This document shows positions 49,225 to 61,083 of a stretch of 64,000 bases of DNA, piece by piece; position 1 is the stretch's first letter, and every line of letters starts with the position of its first letter. The DNA is from Spirochaetota bacterium (GTDB taxonomy: Bacteria > Spirochaetota > UBA4802 > UBA5550), in NCBI GenBank assembly GCA_963664815.2, contig CAXXHB010000003.1, positions 2,240,001 to 2,304,000 on the forward strand, in the 5' to 3' direction. A program made the position numbers and the translations under genes. Below the pieces are notes generated by a model. It had not been told where the DNA came from, did no database searches, and saw only the letters and a list, made by a program, of their open reading frames with translations.

Positions 49225-50130
49225 TCAGATAAACTCTACAGAATACTTTTTCCGAAGTGAGTGTCTGTTGAATTTAACAGCTGGTTTTCCTATAGCTATC
49301 ACTGAATGAACCCTGTTTTTTTCATAAATATCAAGCTCATTTTTTATCGCAGAACTGCGATTCAAAGCTTCAACAGCAAATCCTATAAGGCATGTACCGA
49401 GCCCCATGTAATGGGCAAGCATACATATGTTATACGAAGCATATGTTGCATCCTCAATCGGAGTGCTGCCATCAACCGGTCCATGAACTATTACTACACA
49501 TGGTGCTCCATGAAATAAACGATCAATCCCCTCTTCAGATTCCTTTATTGCCAGTTCTACTGTATTATAATGATCACTGTAATAATTTATAAGGGCTTTA
49601 CCCATAAAAGGCACTGAAAGATACCTGATAAGACTGTTTCCGGCAACTTTATTTATTTTCAGAAAGAATTCTTTAATCCTCACAGCAAATTCCCAGACTT
49701 TATCCCTTCCGTTTATTATTGTAAATTCCCATTCCTGACAGTTGCTTCCCGAAGGTGCTGTTACGGCAAATTCAACCAGATCCCTCAGGATATCATCACC
49801 AATTTCTTCTTTTGTATATTTTCTTATACTTCTTCTTGACCTGAACGCATTTACAAGATCTTCCGGAGATATATCTGCGGGGCCTTTTATTCTCTCTCTG
49901 TATCCAAACGTTTTAAACTCAAGATCCACAAGTTCATTATTAAAAGAAACAGCGCCATATTCACATACAGCGTAACAATGAGAACACAGCATACATTCAT
50001 TTTCATTAACTCCTGCTTTTTTGTTCTCAAGATACAGAACCTGTTTAGGGCAGATATTAACGCATTTTCCGCATCCTGTACAATTTGCTTCATTAATAAC
50101 CGGTGCTGAATTCATCAATGTTACCTTCAA
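49225..50130 (-). CDS. Nitroreductase with N-terminal 2x[4Fe-4S] ferredoxin domain
   Basis: CTGCGKCVNICP, CMLCSHCYAVC, RRSIRKY, APSGSNCQ, GLGTC. Confidence 0.9.
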   Translation of the reverse strand: MKVTLMNSAPVINEANCTGCGKCVNICPKQVLYLENKKAGVNENECMLCSHCYAVCEYGAVSFNNELVDLEFKTFGYRERIKGPADISPEDLVNAFRSRRSIRKYTKEEIGDDILRDLVEFAVTAPSGSNCQEWEFTIINGRDKVWEFAVRIKEFFLKINKVAGNSLIRYLSVPFMGKALINYYSDHYNTVELAIKESEEGIDRLFHGAPCVVIVHGPVDGSTPIEDATYASYNICMLAHYMGLGTCLIGFAVEALNRSSAIKNELDIYEKNRVHSVIAIGKPAVKFNRHSLRKKYSVEFI

Positions 50131-50544
50131 TTTTATATTTATAATAATAGTTTATTGCAATATTATTATTTAAGTATGTTATTAAAAAATCACATCCTTA
50201 ACCATATATTCAAATGTTTCATTATTATTATTATAATCAAGCATAATAAGGTTTCTGTTTATTGACAGATTAATAAATCATTATTTATTCATTATTTTTT
50301 TATTATAAAAGTCTCCATTTTTTATAAATTATTACTTAAAACATACCATATTTAACTATGAGTGGCGGAATCTGTAAAACAACTGACTCGTAAACAGGAA
50401 ATATTTATAACAAATACTGATCTGCTTATATAAATTGACTTTCAGGGAGTATTTTTAATATTCACATGGACAAAAAATGTATGCTGATCCAGAAATAATA
50501 TTGACACAAAAAAAGCATCGGATAGGTTGACACTCGTTCCTGAA

Positions 50545-50619
50545 CGGGGCGTGGCTCAGTCCGGCTAGAGCGCGTGGTTTGGGACCATGAGATCGGAGGT
50601 TCGAATCCTCTCGCCCCGA
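50545..50619 (+). tRNA. tRNA-Pro(TGG)
   Basis: Cloverleaf with anticodon arm CGTGG-tttggga-CCATG and GGTTCGAATCC; CCA not encoded. Confidence 0.95.
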
Positions 50620-50653
50620 AGTTACTATCAGGAGTAATAAAAGTTTTCCAGAT

Positions 50654-50727
<74 letters not shown>

Positions 50728-50742
50728 CATTTTAAAATACAT

Positions 50743-50815
50743 GGTGATCGTAGTTCAATGGTAGAGCCCTGGATTGTGGTTCCAGTCGTTGCGGGTTCGA
50801 GCCCCGTCGATCACC
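50743..50815 (+). tRNA. tRNA-His(GTG)
   Basis: CTGGA-ttgtggt-TCCAG arm; encoded G-1 and C73. Confidence 0.95.
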
Positions 50816-50832
50816 CATTATGTAACGAGTCC

Positions 50833-50870
50833 GAACTCGCTGTCATAACTGGCAGCGAGTTCTCTATTTT
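50833..50870 (+). terminator. Terminator of the tRNA operon
   Basis: GAACTCGCTGTCA-taac-TGGCAGCGAGTTC followed by TCTATTTT. Confidence 0.75.
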
Positions 50871-51246
50871 AAGTACCAAATTATACATAACAAACTGATA
50901 AAACAACTTTCATATTATTACAAATTATTTTTTATTTGCACTTATATCAGCAATTTCTTTAAAGCTATCCGCTGCAGATTTAAATGTGGGAATTAATCTC
51001 TGGTATGCATGGTTTTAGCCTTCGTTTAAGAATGTATTCATGTGTAAAAAGACTGTACAAGCTACAATAATCATTTTGATATGAAATCACTACTCTGTAC
51101 TTAAACAGCACAACTGCAGCTGAATACTTTTCTGTTTAAAAACCTTATTTAAATTATTTTCTTATTTTTTATATTGTAGAGCAAAAATTTGACTTAACCG
51201 TTTTTATCATTATACTATTTATAAAAACTATAGTGGAGGCGGGTAT

Positions 51247-51498
51247 ATGAAAAGTGAACTTAACCTGATAGAATCGCAGATTTTAAGAATATTCAGAAAC
51301 AATAAAAAAAGCGCAGATGACAGTCTGGATACAAAAAAAGTTCTTGAGGACTCACTCAAAGCACTTGAGGAAAACTTCGAAGTAATCCTGCACTCTCTCG
51401 CTGAAAAAGGATTTATACTCAATTCAGGTGATAAACTGATCCTTACCGATAAAGGAGATGAGTATCTGTACAGATCTAAATTATACAGCGATTACTGA
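51247..51498 (+). CDS. Small winged-helix-like hypothetical protein
   Basis: L..L.EKGFI......LILTDKG pattern; RBS GGAGG. Confidence 0.6.
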   Translation: MKSELNLIESQILRIFRNNKKSADDSLDTKKVLEDSLKALEENFEVILHSLAEKGFILNSGDKLILTDKGDEYLYRSKLYSDY

Positions 51499-51801
51499 TT
51501 TATCATGATGTCAGTTTTTTTAGAAAATCTGCAACTAAGTAACAGATGTTTTTGTTTAATTTATAAGAGATTTTTTATTTTGTAATTTAACTATTGATTT
51601 TTTTTTATAATAACGTTTAAATATGACTTGATAAAATTGTTAAATATATCAATTTACTTGACATAAACATCAAATTGTCATATATCAGCTTTACCTTTCT
51701 TTTTATATTAATTATATGCAGCCCTATTATGTATCTTTATTCCCCGCTGTATATAAATTCTGAAATTAACTCAAATTTAAACAAAGGAGCTAACCTCCAA
51801 C

Positions 51802-52737
51802 ATGAATTATAAGGATAAAAGTATAATAATTGATGTAGAGAAAAGGGAAGATGAATCATTATTAAAAAAAATTATTCATAACCTTATCGGTGTTTTTTCA
51901 CTACTGTTCGTACTAGCCCATACAACAGTCGGTTACCCTTTTCTGCTTCTGGCGTCTTTTATCAAATTAATCCCTTTTAAGCCAACACAGAAATTGTGTA
52001 CTTTTATACTTATAATTATTGCAACCAGGTGGATTCATAATAACACTTTCCTTTTCGGTAAAATTCTTGGGATAAAAGTAATTGTCAAAGGGGAAACAAA
52101 TCTCCCGATGAAAGAATGGTATCTTGTAATATCAAATCATCAGTCGTGGAGTGATATTGTTGTACTGCAGATGGTTTTTAACGGGAAAATCCCAATGCTG
52201 AAATTCTTTCTTAAAAAAGAACTGATCCGAGTTCCTCTTCTGGGGTTCGCCTGGTGGGCTCTTGATTTTCCATTCATGAAAAGATATACTTCTGAATTTG
52301 TAGCAAAATATCCGCATTTAAAAGGAAAGGACATTGAAATAACCAGGAAAGCCTGTGAAAAATTCAGCACACTCCCCGTTTCAGTAATGAATTTTGTTGA
52401 AGGAACACGCTTTACCAGAGCAAAGCATGACAGGCAGCAATCACCATTTAAAAACCTTCTTAAACCGAAGGCCGGTGGGACAGGATTTGTTTTTACCGCC
52501 ATGGGTCATCAGCTTCACAGCATTTTAAATGTTACAATAAAGTATCCCGAGGGCGATCTCAACTTCTGGAATTTTCTGTGCGGAAAGATAAGCGAGGTCG
52601 ATGTTTTTATTGAAAAGATCCCTGTCACCGACGAGCTTATCGGTGATTACATAAATGATATCGATTACCAGTCAAGATTCCGGAAATGGCTCAATGATAT
52701 CTGGATAAAAAAAGATGCAACTCTTGAAAACATGTAG
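51802..52737 (+). CDS. Lysophospholipid acyltransferase (YihG/PlsC-like)
   Basis: NHQSWSD, FFLKKEL, FPFMKR, FVEGTRF, LLKPKAGG. Confidence 0.9.
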   Translation: MNYKDKSIIIDVEKREDESLLKKIIHNLIGVFSLLFVLAHTTVGYPFLLLASFIKLIPFKPTQKLCTFILIIIATRWIHNNTFLFGKILGIKVIVKGETNLPMKEWYLVISNHQSWSDIVVLQMVFNGKIPMLKFFLKKELIRVPLLGFAWWALDFPFMKRYTSEFVAKYPHLKGKDIEITRKACEKFSTLPVSVMNFVEGTRFTRAKHDRQQSPFKNLLKPKAGGTGFVFTAMGHQLHSILNVTIKYPEGDLNFWNFLCGKISEVDVFIEKIPVTDELIGDYINDIDYQSRFRKWLNDIWIKKDATLENM

Positions 52738-52823
52738 AGTATCCGGATAGTTTTAATTCATGAACTATACCGCTGATGAATTAAATCTGTATAAAATATG
52801 TCAGAAATTACCGGAAGCTATTT

Positions 52824-53186
52824 ATGATCATAAAAGTATTATTATGGATTAACATTTCACTTTTCATCCTTCATGAAATGGATGCGGTTAAAACCCGTGA
52901 ATGGAAGATGATGATTTTCATTAACAGGTTAAATGATGATCATGGACATATTGTATTCACCGCATTTCATTTTTTTATCTTCATTATAATTTTTTATTTA
53001 TCAGAATTCCATCCCGTCTTTTTTGCTGTCATTATCTCATTTTCCCTTATTATTCACCAGTTTGTACACATCCTGTTTACCAGACATAACGAGAACAGAA
53101 TGAATAATTTTTTTTCCGTAATTATAATTTCTCTTATGTCTATAAATTCAGTTATAATTCTTTTTTATTATTTCATAATAATGTAA
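52824..53186 (+). CDS. Small membrane protein (DUF6713-like)
   Basis: HEMDAV...EW motif, about 4 TM helices. Confidence 0.65.
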   Translation: MIIKVLLWINISLFILHEMDAVKTREWKMMIFINRLNDDHGHIVFTAFHFFIFIIIFYLSEFHPVFFAVIISFSLIIHQFVHILFTRHNENRMNNFFSVIIISLMSINSVIILFYYFIIM

Positions 53187-53276
53187 AATAATAAAAATCT
53201 TTTTCAAAACTTTAATTTCCTGTTGACTGAAAAACAGTAATTGTTGTAGTCATATAAAAATAAAGAGGATACTTAA

Positions 53277-55289
53277 ATGGGCTTAATTAAAAAAATGAAT
53301 AATTTTAAAATTTCGACAAAACTTTCAATGCTGGCAATTGCAGTTATACTTATCTTCCTTATCGTCGTTTCTTCCAGCATGATTATAATAATAAAAACTG
53401 TTCTTGGTGATTATATTAATGATGAAATAAAGATTAAATCCGATGTACTTGCGCAGAATGTAGAAATAATGAAACAAAAATCCCTTGCAGCAACTGAATG
53501 GTTCAGCTCATCCCCCAGATTAATTAAAGCAATTAAATCAGGTAACAGACAAGCCGCAATTGACACAGGAAAGCTTGCGATGAGATCTATGGGTTTCGAT
53601 TATATGCTGGTCACCGATAACGCCGGAAATGTCTTTTTCAGAGCACATAGTCCGGAAAAATACGGCGACAATATAGCAAAACAGGTAGGGATTCAGAAGG
53701 CCCTGAAAGGGGAAAAAAATGTAGGCATTGAAGAGGGAGAAGTTGTCAAATTCTCAATCAGGGCAAGTACTCCCCTTATAGACGGGAATACTGTTATTGG
53801 AGCTGTTTCCCTTGGTTATGTTCTCAGCAACAATGAATTTCCGGATGAGCAGAAAAGAATCCTTGGATGTGATGTAACCGTCTTTTTCAAAGATGAAAGA
53901 ATAGCAACATCCCTTACAAATAACGGTAAAAGGCTTATCGGAACCAAGATGGAACATCAGGAAATCCTTGATACTGTTTTAAAACAGGGTAAAAACTATT
54001 ACGGAAATGCCACGATTCTTGGTAAACTTTACCATACGGCATATCTTCCCCTTCGGGATGTAAACAATAATCTTTCCGGTATGCTTTTTATCGGTAAAGA
54101 TTCAGGGGTTATCAATATGTTGATTTTCAAGATGTTCATTTACCAGAATTCAATAATGATTGTACTCGGTTTATCATTTATTTTCCTTTTGCACTCGTTT
54201 ATTAAAGGTATTCTTATCAAAAGACTGAACCATATTAATACAAGACTGAAAGATATTGCCGAAGGTGATGGTGACCTTACCGTCAGCCTCGAAACAGGTT
54301 TTATGGATGAACTTGGTGAGTTTTCATTAAATTTTAACAAGTTTGTCAAGAAAATCCGTGATGTCATTTCAGATATTAAACGTATCTCTGTTGAACTTTC
54401 CGGCATGTCCTCTCAATTGTCCTCCACAACAATGATATTCTCTGAAACAGCACAGAATCAGGCATCATCAGTAGAGGAGGTTAATGCAACAACAGAGGAA
54501 TTATCTGCCGGTATGGAATTCATTTCAGATAAAACCAAAGATCAGCATGAGAACCTTTCAAAAATGGTCGATAAGATGAATGAATTGTCTGCTCTTATCA
54601 ATAATATGGGGACTCAGGTAACCGAATCGCACAAACTCACTACTATTATGTCGGGCAATGCGAGAACAGGTGAAAATTCAATACGCACCATGAACACAAG
54701 CATGCATATGATTAATGAAAGTTCATCTAAAGTAAGCAATATAATCCAGATAATAAACGATATCTCTGACAAGATTAATCTGCTTTCGCTGAACGCTGCG
54801 ATAGAATCCGCAAGGGCAGGAGAAGCAGGCCGTGGCTTTGCAGTTGTTGCAGATGAGATCTCAAAACTTGCTGATGAAACCGCCGGAAGTATTAAAGAGA
54901 TTGATAAACTTATCAAAATGAATAATTCTGAGATTCTGAAAGGACTGGAAATTTCTGATGAAACAAGCCGTATAATTGGGAGCATTATAAAAGGGGTTGA
55001 ATCGGTAACATCAATGATGAATTCCATGACCGATTATATGCACAACCAGCTGGAAGCAAAAGACAGAATGAATGCTGCTGCACAGATAGTAAAATCCAAA
55101 ACCGATGAAATCAAAAATGCAACATCCGAACATCTCATATCCACAGAGGAAATTGTAAAGGCCACTTCATCTATAAATGAAATGACACAGTCAATCGCCG
55201 GTGGAGCCGAGGAGATGGCTTCCATGTCTGAAGAAATATCCGGAATGTCTGATACACTTAAAAACAGGGTTGACTTTTTTAAAGTCTGA
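53277..55289 (+). CDS. Methyl-accepting chemotaxis protein with periplasmic Cache domain
   Basis: 2 TM helices, HAMP (GDGDLT..DELG), [33 protein letters not shown]. Confidence 0.95.
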   Translation: MGLIKKMNNFKISTKLSMLAIAVILIFLIVVSSSMIIIIKTVLGDYINDEIKIKSDVLAQNVEIMKQKSLAATEWFSSSPRLIKAIKSGNRQAAIDTGKLAMRSMGFDYMLVTDNAGNVFFRAHSPEKYGDNIAKQVGIQKALKGEKNVGIEEGEVVKFSIRASTPLIDGNTVIGAVSLGYVLSNNEFPDEQKRILGCDVTVFFKDERIATSLTNNGKRLIGTKMEHQEILDTVLKQGKNYYGNATILGKLYHTAYLPLRDVNNNLSGMLFIGKDSGVINMLIFKMFIYQNSIMIVLGLSFIFLLHSFIKGILIKRLNHINTRLKDIAEGDGDLTVSLETGFMDELGEFSLNFNKFVKKIRDVISDIKRISVELSGMSSQLSSTTMIFSETAQNQASSVEEVNATTEELSAGMEFISDKTKDQHENLSKMVDKMNELSALINNMGTQVTESHKLTTIMSGNARTGENSIRTMNTSMHMINESSSKVSNIIQIINDISDKINLLSLNAAIESARAGEAGRGFAVVADEISKLADETAGSIKEIDKLIKMNNSEILKGLEISDETSRIIGSIIKGVESVTSMMNSMTDYMHNQLEAKDRMNAAAQIVKSKTDEIKNATSEHLISTEEIVKATSSINEMTQSIAGGAEEMASMSEEISGMSDTLKNRVDFFKV

Positions 55290-55334
55290 CATTTTATCAA
55301 CAGATATCTGAAAACATTTTTTCAGACTTCTGCT

Positions 55335-55367
55335 ATACCGGTTTTTAAGAAATTAAACCGGTATTTT
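55335..55367 (+). terminator. Inverted repeat/terminator after the MCP gene
   Basis: ATACCGGTTT...AAACCGGTAT followed by TTT. Confidence 0.55.
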
Positions 55368-55412
55368 AAATATAATCCCAGTTTACTATATTTTCCGGGC
55401 AATTGAGGTTTT

Positions 55413-58295
55413 ATGCCAAAACCATCCTATTCATTTCTCCTTTTATTTACATTTGTAATTTATTCAATAAACCTTAATGCTCAGCAGAATCCATCCGGAA
55501 TAAAATGGAAAAGTATCGATACCGGAAATTATGTAATAATTTTCCCTGAAGAGATCACTCCACTGGGCCAGAGAGTTGCAAATCTCATGGTTCATTATGA
55601 AAAATATAACTACTCAAGCATTAAAACTGAACCGAGGAAAATACCAATTGTACTTATAAATCAATATGCAGAGCCTAACGGTTTTGTCTCTTTTGCCCCT
55701 TTTTATTCACACTGGTTTACCACGCCGGCTTCATTCGATTCAATTGAATGGTATAAAGGCCTTGCAATTCACGAAGGTCGGCACATGGTTCAGGCTAATA
55801 AACTTAAAGATGGCGGCGGAAAAGGTTTATGGAGATTCCTTTTTGGCGAAACAGGTACCGCGCTTTTTTCAGCTATTTATGTTCCGGAATGGTTCCTTGA
55901 GGGTGATGCAGTTGTAATGGAGACAGCCCTTACAAAAGGCGGGAGGGGTCGTATACCCTCCTTTAATCTCTGGCAGAGAGCAATTGAGCTTTCAGATGAA
56001 AAATACTCATATTATGAATCATACCTGGGGAGCTACGGTTCACCTACACCCTATGATGACTATTACAGACTAGGATATTTAATATGTTCCTATGTCCGCC
56101 GGCATTACGGCAAAGAAGTATGGAATAAAGTACTGGAAGATACCGGAAAATATTTTCTTTTTTATACATTTGACAGCTCATTGAGACATGAAACAGGAAG
56201 ATCAATTACAGAGCTTTATTCTGATGCTTTAAAAGAATATCATTCATTATGGAAATTTCAGCAGCAGGGACTTCAAATTACTGATGCAGAAATTTCAGGT
56301 ACTGTAAACAGCAGTGTATGGGAAAGCTATCTCTACCCTTCATTAACTGAAGATCGTAATCTTACAGCCGTCTTTTTCTCCAGAAATAAAAAACTTTCAT
56401 TTGTTAAAATCAACAGTGATAACGAAACAAAGAATATTACACAGATTCCCATGGAAATAGCATCAACATTTATAAATAATGAACGTATATTAACAACCGG
56501 GGGTAATTACGCGTTATGGAGAGAAAGCATTCCTGATTTACGCTGGGGTTACAGGACTTTTTCAGATCTCAGGCTTCTGGATATTAATACCGGCACTACA
56601 AGATACATATCACATAAAAAAAAATATACCGCTTCCGCACTTTCACCTGACGGCAAAACTGCTGTCGGTATAGAACATCAGCCTGACCTTAGATACTATA
56701 TTGCACTAATTGACACAGCCAGTGGTTCTGAAATATACAGAGAGGAGATAATAAACAGAGGTTATATTTACGACCCGGCTATATCACCGGATGGAAAAGA
56801 TATTGTCTTTTCTTCTCTCTCGAATGAAGGAAATTCACTCCTTCTATTCAATGTTGAAACAAAAAAAATTGCAATTTTAATCCCGTCAGCAAATGAAGAA
56901 CGGATAAAATCACCTGTATTTTACGGCAAATATATAATCTACAGCTCAGATTATTCCGGAATTGATAATATCTACGCAATAGAAATTAAAACTAAAAAAA
57001 GATACCAGGTAACATCAAGGCCGCTCGGAGCATTTTTCCCGACTGTAAGAGATGATATTCTCTGTTTTAATGATTATTCTGTTTACGGTTATAAAGCTGC
57101 CACAATGAGCCTGGATCAAAAAAAATGGATCCCCATCCAGCAGGTTCAAAGACGTATAATCGATTACATTAAACCGATAGTTGAACAGGAACTTTCAAAC
57201 GATAATAGCGATACAGATAATATACCAGATGAAGAGTATAACGTTAAAAATTATTACCCGGTACTTAACAGTATAAATATCTTCCAGTGGGTTCCATATT
57301 TCAATTCAACATCAACCGATCTTTATTTCAGCATTTATTCAAGAGACGTGCTCCATACAACAGATATTGCAGTTTCATATATACACAATTTTAATGAAAA
57401 ACAGAATCATGGTGAAGCCTCTCTCTTATACAGCGGTTTATTCCCGGTAATTTCATTATACGGCGGATACGGAGGACGTGCCGTATATCTTTCAAAAGAA
57501 TCCAGTAAAAATAATAACGAATATCTGACATGGAACGAGGTAAAAGGTTCCGGTGACATTTCACTTCCTTTTAATTTTTCAAGGGGTATTCATACAACAA
57601 GTTTCGACTTAGGTGCAGAAACAGGGTATATCAAACTTTATGAAAAAAACCGTTTCGATTATACAATTTATGACGGGATGAATGCTGAAGGTGAACTGAA
57701 CTATTTATATTATTACCTCAGTTTCAGCAGTATCGCCCAGGGAGCACTGGATTCTGTAGCCAAAGGAACAGGTGCGGCTATCGATATTTCATACACACAT
57801 ACTCCATACTACGGGAATTATCGCGGCAGTCTCTTTTCAACAGAACTTGAAATATATCTCCCCGGGATAAACGATACTCATGGACTGAAGTTATCAGGTT
57901 CATACGAACGAATTAAATACGGAAATTATATATTCCCGGAGAAATTTCTTTTTCCGAGAGGTTACGATTCAATACGATATGACGGGTTTTACAAGGCGTC
58001 TGCTGACTACGCCTTCCCCATACTTAATTTCTCGTTAAACATATGGAAGCTCGTTTATTTTAAAAGAATTAATGGAGATATTTTTTATGATTTCGGAGCA
58101 GGCAGAACTGATAATATAAATACATATTACAGATCGGCAGGCTTTGAACTTACAGCAGAGCAGGTATTTCTTTCAAATAAATACCTGTCACTGGAAACAG
58201 GACTCAGGTACTCAAGATGCTTTGATAGTGATAAGGATGCACCGGAAAATAACGATAAAAACCGGTATGAATTTGTAATTAAGTCAGCCCTTTAA
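55413..58295 (+). CDS. Outer-membrane protein: zincin domain + TolB-like propeller + beta-barrel
   Basis: Signal peptide; HEGRH...WFLEGDAV; SPDGK repeats; C-terminal amphipathic strands with PRGY. Confidence 0.7.
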   Translation: MPKPSYSFLLLFTFVIYSINLNAQQNPSGIKWKSIDTGNYVIIFPEEITPLGQRVANLMVHYEKYNYSSIKTEPRKIPIVLINQYAEPNGFVSFAPFYSHWFTTPASFDSIEWYKGLAIHEGRHMVQANKLKDGGGKGLWRFLFGETGTALFSAIYVPEWFLEGDAVVMETALTKGGRGRIPSFNLWQRAIELSDEKYSYYESYLGSYGSPTPYDDYYRLGYLICSYVRRHYGKEVWNKVLEDTGKYFLFYTFDSSLRHETGRSITELYSDALKEYHSLWKFQQQGLQITDAEISGTVNSSVWESYLYPSLTEDRNLTAVFFSRNKKLSFVKINSDNETKNITQIPMEIASTFINNERILTTGGNYALWRESIPDLRWGYRTFSDLRLLDINTGTTRYISHKKKYTASALSPDGKTAVGIEHQPDLRYYIALIDTASGSEIYREEIINRGYIYDPAISPDGKDIVFSSLSNEGNSLLLFNVETKKIAILIPSANEERIKSPVFYGKYIIYSSDYSGIDNIYAIEIKTKKRYQVTSRPLGAFFPTVRDDILCFNDYSVYGYKAATMSLDQKKWIPIQQVQRRIIDYIKPIVEQELSNDNSDTDNIPDEEYNVKNYYPVLNSINIFQWVPYFNSTSTDLYFSIYSRDVLHTTDIAVSYIHNFNEKQNHGEASLLYSGLFPVISLYGGYGGRAVYLSKESSKNNNEYLTWNEVKGSGDISLPFNFSRGIHTTSFDLGAETGYIKLYEKNRFDYTIYDGMNAEGELNYLYYYLSFSSIAQGALDSVAKGTGAAIDISYTHTPYYGNYRGSLFSTELEIYLPGINDTHGLKLSGSYERIKYGNYIFPEKFLFPRGYDSIRYDGFYKASADYAFPILNFSLNIWKLVYFKRINGDIFYDFGAGRTDNINTYYRSAGFELTAEQVFLSNKYLSLETGLRYSRCFDSDKDAPENNDKNRYEFVIKSAL

Positions 58296-58331
58296 AATAA
58301 ACGTTCTGCTTTTTCCGCTGATTATCCCGGA

Positions 58332-60089
58332 TTAATCTGCATTTTCATTAAAGTCCGGGTCATCTGCTCCTTCATACTCACCGCTGGTATTATTATCCGG
58401 GTTATAATCTCCGTTGTAATTTTCTTCATTTAAGTAGCTCTTAGGTTCCTGTTTGAACGTTCTTTTTAAAAACTCAACAACCTCTGTCCTGTTGTTCTGT
58501 GCAGCAGCATCTATAGCCCGCTGTTCATTTCTGTTTAACAGGTTCGGATCGGCTTTTTTTTCAATAAGCACTTTTACAATTTTTATAAAGCCATTTGTTG
58601 CCGCATAATGAAGCGGAGTTGAAGAATCAGAATCAACAGAATTTATAAGTGCACCCCTTGCCAGAAGTATCCTTGTTATTTCGCTGTTTCCCTGCATGGC
58701 ATTGTAATGCAGAGATGTCATACCTGTATCACCCGTTGCGTTAACATTGGCCCCCTTGCCCAGAAGAAATGTAATTATATCCATCTTTTCCATCTTAACT
58801 GCCTGATGAAGGGGCGTCTGCTTATCTACATTCTGAGTATCTATTCCCGCTCCGCTTTCAATAAGCATTCTTGCAACTTTAATATTCCCGTTAACTGCCG
58901 CCACACCAAGGGGTGTATTGCCATCAATGTCAAGTCCATTGATGTTATATTTTTCTTTTAAATATTTCAGGACAAGTTCAGTTTTATTTTCTGTTATAGC
59001 GCGGGTCAGTCTGGAGATCTTCTCACGTTCAAGCCTTTCCGCCTGAGCTTTCTTCTCTTTTTCCATCTCCTTTTTTATGAATGAAATAACAATATCTGTT
59101 TCAGAACTGGTCATCTCAAAAGAAATTGAAACACCTTTATCTACAGGTTTTACATGAATTCTTCCGAATGCCTGGTTAATCCAGGACATCAGTTTCTGAT
59201 CATTTGTCAGTTCGCTGAGTTTCTGCTGACCGCTCCTGGCCGCCATAAGATCCGCAAAAGAAGCAATAAAACTTGATCCCACAATCCATGTATGACACAG
59301 CATCTGCAGACGCTCACTATCTTCAGGCTTTGATCCCTGCATCCCAGACTGAAATGTTATTTTATCATTTATCTCCACTCCCCAGTCTATAGATTCAAGT
59401 GACAGGAGTGTTTGTATAAATACGTTTTCTTTCAAACCCTTTGCCATTCCGGCTCCGTTGTCCATAGCTTTATTCATCGCCGTTTTAATATACTCCGAAA
59501 CCGTGATATAAAAGAATACGGATTTGTTTGCAGCTTTACCAAGAAAGATTGAGGTTTTCCCTGAAAGTGATTTATTACCGGAGGATCTTTTTTCAATAAA
59601 CGAATCTATATATTGCGAAGGACCTATTACAAAAAAATCATCAACCTTTGTAAAAACAACATCCTGCTCAACAGACGCCTTATATGCCGTTCCTGTTTTT
59701 AACTTGATGCTGTTCTTTCTGAATTCTTCAGGAATAATCCCCCTGCCGTTTTTAAAACTTATTAAAACTATATATCCGCTTTTCCTGTCAAGATCCATAG
59801 TGTTCATTATTATCATTAGTTCATTTATATCAGTTAGTTTTAATCCGAAATTCTTTATCATTATATCAGTTTCACTGGCATTCCCACTATCTGTTATTTT
59901 ATCAAATTCATTTATATTGATCCCGCTTGAGGATAGAAACTGCATTATCCGCGAGAAATTGACATAACAGTATATATCACTTTTTTCATTTATGTAGTTC
60001 AGTTCATCAATCAGTGCAGCACTTGAAACTGCTGAATTCAGGGCAATCATGCAGAGGCAAATAAACACAATAAAGATACATTTTTTCAT
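58332..60089 (-). CDS. Exported ankyrin-repeat protein
   Basis: Signal peptide; TPLGVAA/TPLHQAV/TPLHYAA repeats in the C-terminal half; acidic tail. Confidence 0.8.
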   Translation of the reverse strand: MKKCIFIVFICLCMIALNSAVSSAALIDELNYINEKSDIYCYVNFSRIMQFLSSSGININEFDKITDSGNASETDIMIKNFGLKLTDINELMIIMNTMDLDRKSGYIVLISFKNGRGIIPEEFRKNSIKLKTGTAYKASVEQDVVFTKVDDFFVIGPSQYIDSFIEKRSSGNKSLSGKTSIFLGKAANKSVFFYITVSEYIKTAMNKAMDNGAGMAKGLKENVFIQTLLSLESIDWGVEINDKITFQSGMQGSKPEDSERLQMLCHTWIVGSSFIASFADLMAARSGQQKLSELTNDQKLMSWINQAFGRIHVKPVDKGVSISFEMTSSETDIVISFIKKEMEKEKKAQAERLEREKISRLTRAITENKTELVLKYLKEKYNINGLDIDGNTPLGVAAVNGNIKVARMLIESGAGIDTQNVDKQTPLHQAVKMEKMDIITFLLGKGANVNATGDTGMTSLHYNAMQGNSEITRILLARGALINSVDSDSSTPLHYAATNGFIKIVKVLIEKKADPNLLNRNEQRAIDAAAQNNRTEVVEFLKRTFKQEPKSYLNEENYNGDYNPDNNTSGEYEGADDPDFNENAD

Positions 60090-60377
60090 TATCTTCTCCG
60101 GTATAAAAAATATTCATGAATTATATTAATTCGAATTTTAATCTGGATTAAAGATTTCTCAGTCGTAACTTATTCAATATTAAAATCAGCTTATACCATC
60201 CGGATTACATATCAGCCTGAATTATTTCTATATAGTCATAAATAAGATTAATGTCAATAAACTTTCTTTTAAAGATATTTGAACAATCAATACGTAAATT
60301 TTCGTATGATTTTTTATTTGACTTTATCAATCATAAAACTTCAATAATCGGCAGATTTAAAAAGCCGGAGTTTTGCC

Positions 60378-60914
60378 ATGACAACCAAACAGAGACCATT
60401 TACGCGTTTTTATAATTGTTCGACCGGGACAGCATCGCGATATAACAGGAAACTTGTTTCCTTAATATTTAAAACCGTGACCAAGGTTATTGAACTTGAT
60501 GAAAATCTTAATTTTACCGTTGAAAATATATATGCTTTAGTGGAAAAATCTTTAAAACAAAAACATATAGCTTTATTAAAAAATGATCTTATAGACATTA
60601 TCATAGAGATACTCAGCTTTTATATTGAGGAGGGTGAAATTGATCTTTACGAAGATTTATTTGATGATATAGAAAGTGAATTGAAAAAAGCTTTATGGCC
60701 TCTCGTATCAAAACATAATAATCCTGAAATACTCGATTTGCTGATTGATGAAATATATAATGAACTCGATAGCGCCACAGAATACACCTCCATTGATCTT
60801 GCAGACAGGTTATCGAAAATTGATTCATTCAGCCAGTTTACATATAATGAGTTAATCGATATATCAGAAATGGCTCTGTACAAGCTTGAAAATATGGATT
60901 TCCTTGTTGAATAA
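60378..60914 (+). CDS. Acidic hypothetical protein
   Basis: 178-aa ORF with RBS GGAG; no recognised motif. Confidence 0.6.
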   Translation: MTTKQRPFTRFYNCSTGTASRYNRKLVSLIFKTVTKVIELDENLNFTVENIYALVEKSLKQKHIALLKNDLIDIIIEILSFYIEEGEIDLYEDLFDDIESELKKALWPLVSKHNNPEILDLLIDEIYNELDSATEYTSIDLADRLSKIDSFSQFTYNELIDISEMALYKLENMDFLVE

Positions 60915-61083
60915 GTATTTTTTTATAACTGTCTATAACTTCAATAATCCTTTAAAACGCCGCTGCAAATTGTTTTTTACTGTTAATAAAAAATAACTTG
61001 ATTACTCAATTCTGCGCTTAAAGATGGTTTAAATATATGAATTTTTATAACTTTACCTTAAAACACAATTCAGGTATCAGCAA

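Noticed and set aside
50870-51800. Island integrated at the tRNA-His end
   Set aside because: The native terminator directly follows the tRNA; no integrase or duplicated tRNA-His end was found.
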